A stretch of DNA of 64,000 nt from Psilocybe cubensis (taxonomy: Eukaryota): assembly GCA_017499595.2 (NCBI GenBank), contig CM039008.1, positions 1,488,001-1,552,000 on the forward strand. The letters are read 5' to 3'. Positions 38,719 through 53,700 of this stretch are shown here, piece after piece (position 1 is the stretch's first letter; the number at the start of each line of letters is the position of its first letter). Position numbers and translations under genes: made by a program. The notes under the pieces were generated by a model, which did no database searches, was not told where the DNA came from, and saw only the letters and a program-made list of their open reading frames with translations.

Positions 38719-41700
38719 TCATCGCTTGAACATAGTGCCTTTGCAATTCGATGCTCCGCACATGCACTTCGCATATATCTTGTCATCACTTTTTGCCTCG
38801 TCCGCTTCCTCGTCTTGTTCCACAATGTCTTCCTCAAATCCACCGGAGTAGTCGAAACAAATTTCTTCATGGGCCTCAATGTCCTTGTGGGTGAAAAACA
38901 CTAGAAGTGGCTTGTCTAGATTGCCTTCATTGATATAGCAGGCTTGAAGTGAGCAATTTGGATCACAGGAGTGGTTCTTTTGAGGTATTAGATTTTGGAA
39001 GGATTGATACTTTTAAAGACCATATACTCACAAAGAAGCGAGTAAACTATGTAATTGATGGTTAGTATATAATAATTGTAGCATTTAGAGAAAATGCTTA
39101 CATTGCCAGCCTGGTAGGCATCTATAGTATACTTGTTGGTCCACTCTTTGCCATCCACACTTACATAATCCTTTTTCAGATGATAAAAATCAAGGTCGAA
39201 TAGATATGTCTTCCCAGATTTGTTGTAATAGCTTTGGAACAAAATATCAGCATAAATACTTCGAACAAATACAAAAATAACAGACGTTCCACGTTCGTGT
39301 GCTTCTGCATCCAAAAGAAGTTCTCCAGAATAAATGCCAATAAAGGTCCCACTAGGAATCCGCTTATTACCAGCAAAAATGCCTATTTGTTTGTAAAATG
39401 TTAGGATTTTCATCAAAAATAGAAGCCTGAAAGGCATACCCCATCCTTTGTGTTTGGTTTTTTTAATATTAACCTGGACTTTTCTGCCATGTTGAACAAC
39501 CTGCCACAACAAAGTTAGAACTGTGGCATGTTGCTATTTATATCACTTACTCTGTTTCTACATTCATCACCACACCCACAGAGGTCATTGCACTCAAAAA
39601 TGGGATACTCTGGGGTCCTGAGCCTCCCATGTTTGTCATAGGCAAACTCTGAGATATTGGGATCATCAGATTCCTTGCGCTGACGTATGAGACAAGCACA
39701 TGTTTTGGATTTCGGACTACAACCTCCTTTGCATGTGCAGCTTATGAGACTCTTCATGTCCGGAGCTGGAACATCCTTTCCATGCCACATCTCATTAGTA
39801 TAATGAAATTCCCAGGGCGGCGTCGGTTCGTCGTCTAAATCATTGATGACTCGAATGGGTGGCGCTTCGGGCTCATTCTCAATGGTGTTTTCAAGAATCA
39901 TTGCCTCGAAAACGTCGCGCAAAGCGGGCATTTTCTGCATATATTCTGACATAAAGTTGATTTGATCCTGGAGGCTGTGTGGCAAATCCTCACTGCGCAA
40001 GCACTTCGGAATGAAATTGTTTAGATCCTGGCGATATTCATTCCAAGTGATGGCAGGGAAGCCTCCGAGCGTTTTATTCACTGTCGGAACAAGTGGCAGC
40101 GGCACCACATCATCTGGAGTTGTATCTCGGCTGACAGGAGTTACATCACGTTCCGCTAGGTCACTGTCAGCTGGCCCAGATGAATGCGAAGACCTGCGCG
40201 ACATTTGGCGAATAGTCCTGGCGAGCGACAATGGTGCGGCGGACAAATCAGCTTCAGTCGAATTTTCTGTTTCCTCGCTCGCAGATGCTTCTCCGGTCTC
40301 TTGCTCCGAAAAAGTGTCAAGTGGAGCATCGTCCTCCATGAGAGCGTCGTGAACTTCACTCTCCTGCATGGCTTCATCTTCCGAAGTCTGAGCGCCCCGC
40401 ATTTCAATGTCTGATGACATACCTGACAATTCGTCATCGTCGTTTGGAGCGCTCTCCTCTGCTGATTCCTTGGCTGGTGAGCTTTCGATAGACGAAGGTA
40501 TGACCTTTGATTCTACCAGTTGAGGTTTTGATTTGCTGGATGATACAGATGAGATACGAGGTACGACAGGAGACGATTTGGCACGCGTCCCGGTAGTGGA
40601 AGTAAGGAAAGTAGGTTCGAAGTTCGATGAGGGTCGATTAGTAGTGAGAGCACCCTGTACTGTCATGTTCGATGCCTGTGCATTGGTTATTTGATCTGCC
40701 CTTGATACAACTGACTGTATCGAAGGAGGAGGTTTTGACCCAGCAGAAAGAGGCTTTGTATATGCCCGCCCAGGCGATGCAGCCTTGGCACGGATGTCTG
40801 TTAAATTTGAGACCTCAATCGCTGGGACATTACTGGAGGCCGGCCTATTGTCAACGTCTGGTACTGCAGGTGCAGAATTGCGTCGTTTGTCCGCCTTCTG
40901 GCGACCACTCCCATCAAACCCTTCTGAAAATTCTGCAGCGGGAGTGGCCGGAGATAACAAGGGAGGAGAAGAGGATCCAGGTGGGGGGGAAGGTTCTTCT
41001 TCTGATGGTTTCAGAAGGAGTTCGTCGGTACCAGAGCGAGGTGTTTGGATATACGGTTTGAGTGGCTCGTCAGGTGGTGAAACAGCTCGACCCTTCCCTT
41101 TCCATTTAGATAGCTGCCCAACGAGCTTTTCTGAGGCAACTTTGATAGGCTCTAACAGTAAATCGTCATTCTCAATGTCGGATGTAAGGTCGATTGCAGA
41201 TTCAATTGTGTCACCCCGGTGCCGAAAGCTACTGGGAAAGGGTTTGGAACCTGATGCAATACCTGCCTGTAATGACAATGATGCTGGCGCCCGTTGTCCT
41301 GGGGTATATTTATTTTTGGTCGGGGATTGTGCGGGTGTTGACTGTATTGATGTTCAGTGATATGCTGGGTATGAAAATAAGTTAATACACACATTAGGAG
41401 ATTTAAATAATTTAGGAGTAATAGGTTGTTTCTTGACCGAGATAGAGCGGTCAGGAGTACGAGTTGCTTTCTTAGCTGGCACATGTGAGGAGAGCTTATT
41501 AATTGCTTGTTCTCCTTTGGATGACCGTCTCGGAGACAGTTCATTCGGAGAAGACGAATCTTCGTCGCTGTTCGAGCTTGAATCTTCACTGGAGTCGGAG
41601 GGTGGCGACGAGGAATACCTTCTGCGCTGCTTCATTCTATTACCTCCAGCAGATTTGACGGCTACTTGGGGGCGTCCGAACCGCAGTGGCTTGCTGGCCG

Positions 41701-43718
41701 AAGAAGTCTCTAAGTCTTTCTTAGTTGTTTGTTGGCTGGATGAAGGCTCTGGTATTGATTTTGTGCTAGAGCTGGTGTCTGGTTTCTTAACTGAGGAAAT
41801 GGTTTGATGGGCTGTAGGGTGAGCTAGAGTTGTGCTTGGACCTGCACTAGAGTTTTGCAATGTAGGAACAGGCTTGCCGACTGACTTTGTGTTGGAACTT
41901 GATATTGACAAGTTTGAGATGTTTATAGAATTTTGAACTATAGAGGACCCGGAGAAGCTCGAACTTGGCGGAATAGGTTTATCATGTTCCACATCTGGCG
42001 ATAATGCCAGTGAATTTTGAGTAGAAGTGATGGAGTTATTGCGCTTTAATGTGTCTGATAGCCTTGGTGTGTGGGTTGATGCAGGTGGTAAGGATGGTTG
42101 AGAGACTGTATCGCCTCGAGACCGATTGAGTCCAGTAATTCCAGACCCAGCAGGGGATATCAAGGCTTGTCGAGGCGTACTAGACATGATTTGGGAGGGA
42201 TCCTTGTCATCATCCACTTGCATGTCTTCTTGGGACGATTGTCTAGCCTTCGTGACCGTGTCGCGGATCTCCAGGCCGGACACTCCGCGTCTATGTTTCG
42301 GTGGTATAGATGATTTAGTCTGTGAAGAAACGAAATTGACGGGATGAGATGCGAGCAAAGATGGTTGTGTAGGATCGACATCCATATTTTGGGGTGGTAC
42401 TTGATTCAAAGCTTTCTCCTCCGCGCGGTCTGCAGTTGATCCTGATTGTTGTGGCTTAGAGGGGTTAAGAAACGCGGAGCCCACATTTATTTTGTCGCTT
42501 CCGCTAGACCGCCTTGATGATGGAGAAGTTTTTTGTACTTTCGACAATATGTCTACAGTGGATGTGTGATTTGAATTCCTTAACGTGGAAGGCTGAGAAT
42601 TAGAGGACTGGATAGGAGGCCGAACTTTGGGCGGTAATTCCTCGTCAGTGTCGCTGCTGATTTCAATAACCTCCGGTTCCATATTATCCGTAGTTGGTGG
42701 TTTTCGGGCCATTTTACCCCCCGCGCTTTTGCGGGCGACCATTCGCTTCGGAGGCGGGTCATCGTCATCAGACATGTCCACCACTGTATTTGGATCTTTT
42801 GCGGAAAGTTGAGAGGAATTGGGGCCAGAAAGATCGATGAAATCGCCTGTAGCAGAACGAGGCCTAAAGGTAGGGGCTTTTATGTTGGTTAGTAGATTGA
42901 GATAAAAAGAATATTGAAAGCAATACCACCTTTGCCCTTTGTTGGCTCCCTTGCAGAAACAGATCGGCCAAGTATACTCTCAGATTTTCTCGGGGATTGC
43001 CTCGCGCGCTCAAAGAGTTTACTATCCAAAGAAGATGGAAAGTCTTTCTTTTTGAAATCCAACGTCGATGAAGACGCTACTGCGTTCATTGGATTCTGTG
43101 AAAGGGGACCTGATGATTTAACACTCTGATTTGAAACATTTAACACAGAGTTTGGCTGTGAAAATGGATATTTAGGCTTATGGTTGGTGGATGAACTCTT
43201 TGTTGGGATTGAGGGTGGGAGCATAGACGAGACTGTACGGGGTCCAACAGAGAGGCTGTTGCTAGACGTGCTTGCGGCATTTGGGAATCGCGAAGACCCT
43301 GGAGCAGAAGCACTCATAGTATTGGATTTTGGATGTGGTACACCTGAAATTGCTCGTTTGTCAACGTATTCTGTTAATCATTGATACGTGTCGCGTACTT
43401 GATGCTAATAACCCAGAGCTCCCACTCTGTTTCTGGTGCTCCTCGTGTTTACGCCGTTTAGATAATGATTCTAACAGTTCAGAATCTTTCCTCTTCCTAA
43501 GCGGCTGACTGGCAGTTAATGACTGGTGTGTATGCCCATCGTTGTTGTCCGCGACTTCGTCTTCCTCCCCCGAGGAATCCGTTGGTGTTGCTTCTGTCGC
43601 ATATAGTTAATGAGCTGAGTTAAATAGGCACGTCATGAAAAGTGACAAAATAATGTACAATACCCTTTAATGCCACCCAACCTGGACCAGGAGAGGGGCT
43701 TGGATGTTTTCTGAACAT
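38719..43718 (-). CDS. Histone H3K9 methyltransferase, Clr4/DIM-5/SUV39-like (pre-SET, SET, post-SET) with long disordered N-terminus
   Basis: Pre-SET CTCKGGC...CAC...IFECNDLCGCGDECRNRVVQHG; SET KGWG, AGNFTRFFNHSCDPN and EEICFDY; post-SET CMCGASNCKG. Confidence 0.9.
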
Positions 43719-44138
43719 GGAGTATGACTGTTGACAGGGCTTGATTCGATCAAGGACGCGAACTTTGACCCCCTACTTGCTGCTATTGGGAAAAGCTCAG
43801 GCACGTGCAGGTCGCGCGTGAAATTGTTTCCTGGAACTCATGCTGGAACCGAACAAAAAAATGGTTGGAAAGAAGAGCCATTCAATTGCGAAAAGATGCA
43901 AAACATATATAAAGCGGTATTGCTGGTACAAATGGTACATCTATGGGTACAGGTGGTATATTTGAAGTGTGAAGCTAATTATAGGGTGGTACATATTGCC
44001 TGTCCCCAATGCTGTGCAATCGCGTCGCCAAGATATCTACATCTTGGCTGAAGGACCTCTTCAGGTAGTGTGGTCTTTATAACAGTCGTAATAGTAATCG
44101 TAATCATGGTTGCTAAAATATACATCACCTCAGACATC

Positions 44139-46473
44139 TCACATCTTGACTTGAATGGTATCAATGCGAGTCTGTGTGCGACGCTCCTTCCACTTCCTCT
44201 TCATCTGGTTCGTCATAGACGAAATCAGGATAACAGGCCACCATAACCTTGCCCATATATCCAACTGTTTCTCGTCCGAATTGCGTCCCGAGTGTTTGCC
44301 AAACCGATAGAACGCGTACTTGGATTCTTCATTAGGCAATCCGGCGGCTTCAGCAGCAGCGTTTCTCATTTGAGGTTCGGTGATCTGGATTTGGTACGCA
44401 ACAATAATCCAGATGGTTACGGCAGTTAGAGGTATGGCAGCTGCGATGTAGTGAGGAAGGTCGACATTGCCATCAGGATTGATCTCGCGGACGTTCATGC
44501 CAAAGACGGCCTATGCAAGTATGGTGTTGATCGGTAAGCGGATACCAAAGGATGAGAAAGACGAAAGCTTACTGCTACAAAAGAGGCAGGTAAGAAAGCC
44601 ATTGTTAGGTATGCGATAATTTTCATAGCTAGAAGGCATTGGCGTATGTATTTATCATATAAGCCGGATTAACTTACCAGCACTGTCGTTAACAGCGGAT
44701 TCCGTAAGCTTCTGCATACGTTTGCTGTCTTCAATGTTGACACTGCTAAATCCCTGTAACAAGTATTAACATCCGATGTCGATATTTCACTGTCTGCTAA
44801 AATATTCATACCAAATCCATGACGTTCTTCAAGCGCTTTGCTTGCATCTGTCTACTACGTTCCAGCCGATCGATGTCCGTTAATAAATTTCCACACTCCC
44901 GCTTCATCAACATCGCTCCGTGGGCCTTCATCGTATCGAATTCTTCACTGACAGGGGTTCCAGCCGGTGACCGTAAAGCGGGATTTTGTGTATGCTGGAT
45001 AAAGTGTACAGTCCTCCTGAATTCTTCCAGAAGGGATTCGTAGTGAAGAAGATGGGCTCGAATGACATGGAGTTCGTTGGTCATATGGATATCATGGGTC
45101 GTCATAACAATAGATTCCTGCACCAATAATGTCTATATAATTCATATTTCCAAGCTGGAAAGACTTACAAGGAAGCAGATATGATTATAGACATTTTCCA
45201 GGGTTTCATCCCAGGCATAAAGGGCGTACCAGAGCAAGCTTATGAAGACAAAAGTAGGGTCGTTACTGTCCTTGAAGATGTTGCTCCAGTAAACCGATCT
45301 CCCAGTAAGTCGCGCTCTTGTGTGGAGTGCCTTTGCAGTCGTAGCTCGATGTTCTTGAGTTTGGTGAAGAGATATAATCGTGTTTCCGGCAGGTGACCGA
45401 ATCATATGCAATGCGAGCTGATCAGGAAGCAGAAGAATATCGCCTAATATCATTTTAGAAAATAAACAGCTCCATTCTCTAGACAACTTACTTGAGCGTA
45501 AAGGAAGCGGAGCCTGTGTATCAATAACCAGGTCAGGAAGTTCGCCCCTAGATAGATCATTGATATTCGCTAGATAATCTTCATTTGGTTCTGGAGATGG
45601 CACTGCAGTATTCGGGTTTGATAGTGATCGCACAAAAGTTAATGTCACAGTAATATCTTTGACGACAGCCTAGTGAGAAGAAAGTGTGAGGATGAAGAGA
45701 GAATCTTACGATCAGATTCATTGGGAACGAGGTGGGTCTGGTGCCGTGAGGGGATCCAACCTAGTGTGGAGGAGAAGAAAAACGGTTCGATATTGTAGTG
45801 GGTGCCAAGCATCCGCAGGACAGATCCAGATAATCCTTCAACGAATAAAGCGCGGACTTGAACACCAGGTGGTCGCTTTAAACATATCAGACCCCCACAT
45901 AAAATTTAAATCTGAACGATACCCAACTCACGCCATGATGAATTGCGATCCAATTCTCGTCCAAAGTTTTCTCGGTAACTTCTCTTTCGTCCCGCTTTAC
46001 AAATGTCCCATTGTCCATGACATCAAGGTAATATATAGTGCAATCTCCCTTTTGTTTTTCGACAAAATTCGCTATTCTGCTCTTCTGCTGTTGTCGTAGC
46101 GCCCAGTTCGGATACAGCGATTGCGGGTACTTGCACCAGCATACATCCTGTCCACTAGTTTGCTTGTGATCACAAGGAGAGGCCGACAATGGAATATGGC
46201 TGTCAGGGTCCTGTATCCTAGTAGGATCTACCTGGAGGACAAAGTCAGCCTTTGGATGGCCACAAGAAATTATGTCTCAAAATACCTGATCTTCAATGTC
46301 GAGATAGGGCCAAGGTCCTTGAAAATGAGGTATTGGCGTTTATAGCTATATCTGTCTTGGCAACAAGCAGAAAGCTCACCTGAAGGGGCACCATGCCTGT
46401 AGCTCGGCGCTGGGACTCTTGGGGGAAGTGAAGAAGAGCCAGAGGCATGCGGAATAACAGCACCCCGATACAT
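44139..46473 (-). CDS. CorA-like Mg2+ transporter-domain protein (fungal type)
   Basis: Helical region followed by MKIIAYLTMAFLPASFVA|AVFGMNV and a second TM helix (YIAAAIPLTAVTIWIIVA). Start uncertain. Confidence 0.75.
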
Positions 46474-47621
46474 AAATTCAACAGCGTCCAGGAGTCGAGC
46501 TGGTAGGAGGAAAGAGCTTAGCGCCCTGATCTTTGTCAGACATGTGGACTTTGGCCGTAGAACTCATGTTTCCGAACATCCAGGGTCACCGCCTTCAACA
46601 TGCGTGCGAAGGAAACTCAAAACGCCCCGCCGAAACACATTTGAGACGGAGTTTGATTTCTTGTACATAGTCCACCACGCAGGTTCGTTGCGGAGATTGG
46701 GCGGAGATCTAAGTATATACGACCGGCACTATCTCATAAAAGTTCAGCTTGCTTTCAGTGCCGTTTTCATCATCTTCTCAGCACTGTTAGTGTTACTGTT
46801 GCACTTCATTTTCTTCCACTGCGCGACGCCGCGACCCCACTACACACTGGGGGCCATTTCTATATCCAAAAATGAAAGCACAAGGTCGGTTACTATTAGA
46901 CAATGCCAAATTGCAAGTAAAATAAGTTGTCGTAGTGGCACTTAATTTTGGGTTTGCACGATTTATATACGAACAGCGGTATCTAGGCTACACCCTTGGC
47001 GGGCTGGACACCACCCATAATGGTACTCAATGTATGGGATTAGGCTGTTCTAACTTCTGGAGAGCCTCGCAAACTGACAGCATTGAGATTTGACACAGCT
47101 TTCAGATTGGTCAGTGGGAACGATGCTCAGAATGGCGAATGCGACATTTTTAAGTTGAATTAAAGAATGAGTACTTGAGTAGTTAGAGTACTATAAAAGG
47201 CAATTGTTTTGCTTTTTTAAAAACCGACTTCCATAGTAGAGTAATGGAATCTAAGATGTAATCATTAGCATACAGAATTTTCAGTCGTGTGACGTCTTTG
47301 AATACGTTTCTCCAACCAGGATTACCAATCTCGCCAGGATGAGGACATTGGCCATGTAACTGCATATGGACGAACCTCTTTGCCGCTTGTGGCGGTTCAT
47401 ATAGGGTTCTGCGTTCGACATTAAGCTGCCTGGCTTTGTTGGCTATCGAGTCCCTGCGGGATGTCCTGTGAACATCCGCAAATGTACTGGGCCTGGCTTC
47501 TGTTGACCTGATACTTGCGTTGAATTGGACCATGTGCCCTGCTGGAGTAGAGAATCAAGACATTCAAGGTCCACAAGAGAACGCTTGCGAATGTCACTAA
47601 TTTTCTGTATCTGGCACATGG

Positions 47622-49163
47622 TTACACAACATGCATCGCTTTGCTGCTTTGCTCGCTCTTGTGGGTATAGGCAGATGAGTCAAAAGGTGAATCCGGCTCG
47701 TCATCGCGTTCAAAATGGTTTGCCGAGACTCTGAAAGTAATCGCTGGAATGGGTGTAGGAGAACGTTGGTCGGTCAATTCAAAGGCACTTCCGCCATCGT
47801 CAAGCCATGCCGGCAAAGTACCAAGGCCGGTACCCAGAGTGCTCTTTGATTTAGCGATGTGAACGCGCACAGCTATAAGAACGAAAACAATGCCTGTGAC
47901 GTACAGATATCATTGAGCGGGACAATTTCTGTGCGATGGAAAAGGTTTAAGGGATGACAGTACTCACCTATGCTTGGAACGATGGCAGATTGGACAATAA
48001 ACTGAAAGGTGTTGCTCTTGAAGTACAAAATTATGAGAACAAAGATTTGGAACGTGTAAATCATTGCGCTCTCAATGATGATAAGCAGCACACGTATAAG
48101 ACTGAGCCGAGAACCCCGATCGATAACCCCAGCTGCACTAGAAGCCTTGTGTTGGAGCCATATTTTGAATGTTATCAAGCCCGTTGTCAAAACATTCTGT
48201 ATGAAGGCCAATGGGTAGATGGAGTTGAGTAGCGAAGTCACCAAGTTAATATCTATATGTGTATCGGATGGGTGGGCAAACCAATAGAGAGTGTACGCAT
48301 TGATGCCTAAAATTAGATAGTTAGCATGAGCTACAAGTGACATGCGATTGCATGCAAGCGGCGTACCAACTGTGGCGAGGAAAAGCAACAGAGGTACCAA
48401 GATTACCAAAAGGTTACAGTTCCACACATAATAACACCTGTATATCTGATGAAAGTATACCAAGTACATCAATCAACGGTGTAATAGTTCTACTTGAGGC
48501 ACTCACCACGAGGATATCTCCAAGCCACGACATTGTGCATAACAGTGCATTAGTGACGGCGCTATCCCATCTGGTGAGGTCCCAAAGATACCAAAAAGCG
48601 CCTCTTGGATCAACTCGAAGTATGTATGCCCGAAGACATCGAAAAAGAGCCAGTGCTGATTAAGAGACTGAGGTTAGGGCGCGAGTAGTTGAAATCCCGC
48701 GTGGTTGCGAGATTTTTGAAACCCACCAACGTGAAGCGTGGCCACAATGAACATGAGCATTATGAACACAGAAAAGATCTAGCAGTGAGAAGTCAGCTCA
48801 TTCGTCAGGCCAAGAAACCCACTGCAAGTAAGTCATACCCAAGCGCTGATAGTAGTCCTATTAGCTCTGTTTGACGACCTTCTCTTGAACATCACAGAAA
48901 GGGCAGAGATGAAAAGAGTGACGTAGACGCCTGATATCCATCCGACAGCTTCAGTTGAAATTTGCCAGCCTTCTTGAAGACGAAAACTGGGTCATACCGT
49001 AGAGAAGTAGCTGGAGAGAAAATCCATTGCCGCGATTAGAATTTGAACCGTGTGCCTTGAAAACAACTATCCACACCTCAATCCAGACTGCAAAGGTGAC
49101 GGCGATGTCGAATGGAATGCCTTTCATGACAATTTTGTCGAACTGATGATTTGAGTCCGACAT
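47622..49163 (-). CDS. Uncharacterised multi-pass (7TM-like) membrane protein, paralog C
   Basis: WLGDILVIYRCY, QNVLTTGLITFKIWLQH, IIIESAMIY and IAVRVHIAKSKSTLGTGLGTLPAWLD. Closest to paralog B. Confidence 0.8.
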
Positions 49164-50796
49164 CTTTGGCGGTCGACAGCGAAAAGTAACGACGAGCCTC
49201 TAGCACGAACAAGGAAAACAAAAAAAAATGTGATGCGGCAGCTGGTGCGGGCGACGCCAACATCCTTTTGTATAGATTACCTACGGATACCCTGCTAAGT
49301 ATTCCATGCTGTAGCTCGGTGGAAATAAGAAAAAGGGGTGTTCATTTGCAGCGCGTATCCGCGTACCTATCGGGGTAACGTTCGCAGATAGCCGGTTTGA
49401 TTGATCATGATGCATGATGCCCGATCGCGAGGCAGCCCGACATATTCCCGGATCGGGTTGAGCATGCCTTCTTGGAGAGCTCAAACCTTGACCAACTTCA
49501 ATGACTCTGAAAAATGAGCGCAATCATGACACATATATTTCGGTTCCTATACTACGCACTTTTCACAATAAATTTATCCAACTTGCATCTGTTCCAATTC
49601 GAGTCTGACGGTGAAAACTGCCATTCTCGTGATTTTGGTAGTCGTGGGTCATGACAGCAACACTGTCGTCCAACATCGATGTATTTGTGTTGTATGTACA
49701 GTGCTAGCGCGATTGCATAGTATACATCTCTGCTAATTTGATTGGTTGAAAGCCTCGGCCCGCAATTGAACCCATAAACACTTAAATTGTCTGTTGTACG
49801 GTTGGCGTCTAATTAATTGTAAGAAATTCCGCACAGTGTCACTCTTAACTCGGTTTCATCTTAAAGCACTAAAAAATGGCTTAACAGCCGGTATGCATCC
49901 TGGAATATTCCACTGCAACATAGTAGCAAACTGTCAGTGACGAGCAAGTGACAACCCCGAATTTAACTTTCACAAACCCAACTATCATGGGAGGCTTTGG
50001 AACTCCACCGCGCAATAAGACCTTGGCTAAAGGCACTTAAAAAAAGTGATTATGTTAGAGGTCCATACAGTCTTTTACCTTAAAAAACACACAAAGCAGT
50101 ATAACAGCTCACAATCCTCTTGTCTAATCTTCACTTGTGCAAGCCCTGTTATGTTCATCCTCATTGCTTTGGAAGGCGCAATAAAATGGCATCTTCACAT
50201 ATGAGCAATCAGCTTTTATACCGGCGACTTCCGTAATATTGTACTTATTGTGGTTACCCTGATATGAGGTGACATCTCAGTACTTGCTTTGTCTGCGCTG
50301 CGCTATTATCTAATCCTATCTTTCTGATTTTTTCTATGAACCAGTACTTGTGTGGTTCAGCATTGTTCATGTGCCTAAGTAATTGGTATTACAAGAGCGG
50401 GCACGTCACATTCCTTCAAGAAAATTTCACTTTGCACACTTCAAGCCTCTCGACCAAGCATTTAATATAATACCAGACCAAAATTCTAATTGTTCAAAGA
50501 TATCATAATAATAAGCTATCCTCCATTGGCGGAAGCAAGCCAAACGACAGAAAAGATGCCCAAAGTGCTTCCAGGCTATTTTTAATGTTCCTACATTTAT
50601 CTGTTTGTATATTGTGGCAAACCTGCCTGAGAAAGAATGTGTCCCAAAAACTCAAACTGCATATGACAATGAGTTACAAGCCAGCGCTGTCACTGTCAGT
50701 AGTCCAATGAGCACCGCAGATGCACATTCCCTCCTCTCTACAGCCTAAATGCTTCCAAGAATTCTTTTAATTGCAAGCAAATCACAAACAACTAAG

Positions 50797-53700
50797 CAAG
50801 GGGGTGCCGGTGTTCAAAAAAATAACACGACCTCATATTTTTTATTTCGAGGTAATTTGGGCAACCTACCTACCTCGTGACCATTACATAACGATCAAAA
50901 TCGCCTAAAATGGGAATTGCCAAGGGCCAAGACATTGAACTTCGTCAAAATTCACTCAATTTCCCGACATCGGACAGGTCAAAGTGTAAATAAGTAGTTA
51001 TAGAACTAATAACGACCCCGTTTGCTCCCTTTACATGTGTGGCACACCCATGTCTTTGAGACAGCATGTACGTTAAGGCAGGACAGATGAAACTAAGAGG
51101 TGAACAAAGTGTAACTTATTGAATATCCGAGTCAATAAAAGTCAATGTTAAAAGGCTCACCCAAATGGTCTGACAGTTTCGGCTTTTGCATTGTGCGACA
51201 TTTAATGCATCAGCATCATCCTTTGGCTTCGCAGAGGCACCACAGTCGCAGTAGGAAAGGTCTGTAACATCAAAGTGAGTCCTTTTTCTGTGGGGTCTCA
51301 AAGATGACACTGTTGAATCGGGTAGGCTCGCTGCTGAATCCAACGTTGCAATGTGACTTTCGAGCTCGTTCGAGGCATCCAACAATGCCAATTCATTGTT
51401 TGGGACATGGGAAAGGATGGTGTTCACGTCTGAAACAATAACAGCGTCGCTTTTGTTAGTTTCTGATGACTCATTAATAATACTTTCAGCATCGTGCTAT
51501 GATATGTGTTATCAGTCATTAATTGTGGCAGATGCAAGCTAGCTCCACTCACCGTGACTGTAGCACTTGAATTATCTGTCAAATCGTCCTTGGGATCCTT
51601 GGAATCCTTGAACTCAAGCATGGAATATGCTGTGTTGTATCCTGTATCTTCAAAATCCAAATTGAAAATTGAAAGTTATGTGCTCAACTCACCGAGATCA
51701 GTAGACTCTATCGTGCTTTGATTTGTGTCATTGGGCAGATTTTGAGCTGGCTGACGCTCCAGCTCAGTGTCAGAGTCATAAATCTCTGACAGAGTTACAG
51801 CATCCCTAAAATTTAATGGTCAGATACCCCAAAAGCGTTGGTACACAAAAATTAATGCTCACTGAAGCGAAACGGATTGGGTGGTATGTGCATCCGATAT
51901 AACAAGTCTGTTTTTCTTTGTATTTGCTGGCATTGACCGTTGCTTTGAGGGATTAGAGAAGGTATCCCAAATGCGACGCATCTCCTTCTTTTCAAACATC
52001 GTGAGCTGCCAGAAGTGTGAGTAACGATTAATCGTTGCAGATGGGTGCGATTTAACAATGTGATATCGTAGATTATACCTCCAGACCGCGGGAGCAGTTT
52101 TGTCGCATAAAGGGCAGAATATTGGAACATTAGAACATGGTGCAGACGACGTAGACCTTTCTGCAGGCCCATATTGATACTGGATCGCGTTAGGACACCC
52201 AGTCGACGCCTCCTTGTTTATCCTGATATTACCATTAGCACCCTTCTTCAAGAAAAAGAGACATTGTGGACTAGGACGAAGACATAGGCCACACGGTTCG
52301 TCTTCCCGATTGATATTCAAATCGTGCAGAATATGCGATGCCATATGCTCTAGAATGCGAGGTCCAACCTTTCCTGCAAGTTCAAATGGTGGATCGCAGA
52401 TAGGGCATGCATTCATTACACCACCAGCACCATCAAGGCTGATTGCGGATACGGAAAAACACGCTTTGCCTAGATATAGTGTTAAGATAAAGATGCAATA
52501 TAATAACTTATTGACTCACCTGTTTCCTCGTAATAAGGAAAGTCTGGCGATATAGGGACCATGGCCAACCTCTTTATAAGTTCTGTATCAGCAGAGGAAT
52601 ATAATTGGTCGACCAACGCAACAAGAAAGGTGCCTTCAAGTAGGTAGAACATATGTTCTAAACCTGACGACGAAATTGTTGGATTAAGAGGCAGTATGGC
52701 TTTAGCTGTAACATGAATTGTACGCTCTTGAGCAGGTCGATACGTCCGCCAGTCACATATAAGTGATGGATCATCTGTTTCAATGGAACGACGAAGGCCT
52801 AGAACTGAAATAGAGATAGAAATTCGACCCGGATCGGATTCAGAAATGTCATCCATTGAAATGGCTTCAACCGGCGGCTCAGAGACAATTTTGATGTTGT
52901 TAACTTCACCAATGCACAGAAATATGTGCCCGTCGCACTTGACCAAGGTAGCTACAGGATCTTGAATTGTAAGCAGTTCAGAATCGTCCAACAAGTGGGT
53001 GCATCCACCATTTGATTCTATGGCCTTTGAAAAGCGCTCGGTTCCCTGTACACGTCGCAAGCGATCTGTAGATGCTGGAGCCGCCCTGCCACGAAGTTTA
53101 CTGTGGAGTGAAATAGCCCGCGATTTGGAAACCAGTTTTCCTTGATATATAACACGGCGAGCAAACTTTTTGCCATCAAGAATCGAATACGACATGTATG
53201 AACTTGAACCGTCATCAATGTGTGGCAGCTCGGACTCCAAAAACTCGTCTTCAATAATGGCTTGGTTTTCAGTGAGGCTAGATGGTCCCAAGTCGTCTGT
53301 AGATACGGAGGATTGTTGACGCAAAGCAGACGGTCGTTGAAAAGAGTTAAAACTCTCATCGTCCTGTGCATTGCCCTCCACATTAGACCCGATAAGAGCA
53401 GTTCCGCGTGGTGAAAGAATATTGATATTTGGGCTTGCTTCGAGCTGTGAAAAAATGGAACCAGAAAATGGACAGTCCTTTTCAGCGAGTCTTCGTCCCC
53501 GCTTCCACGCCGTTAATAGAGTAACCTGGTTTACAACAACATTGCCTTTCCATGATGCTGGTTTGATATGGTCGGACGCATCAGGGAGTTCGTGCATTTC
53601 TCGGGTTAGTGCAGGGAGCTTGAGTCGACGAGGTGCTCGATCCCAATGAGGGTACTTGGCCAAAATGTTTGAAACTTGTGTGGTACCCGTTAAACGCGAG

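Noticed and set aside
40011-43384. Plus-strand ORFs opposite the SET gene, and similar antisense ORFs over the RasGEF, transposase and PIN genes
   Set aside because: They are shadow frames of real coding exons, with no independent motifs.
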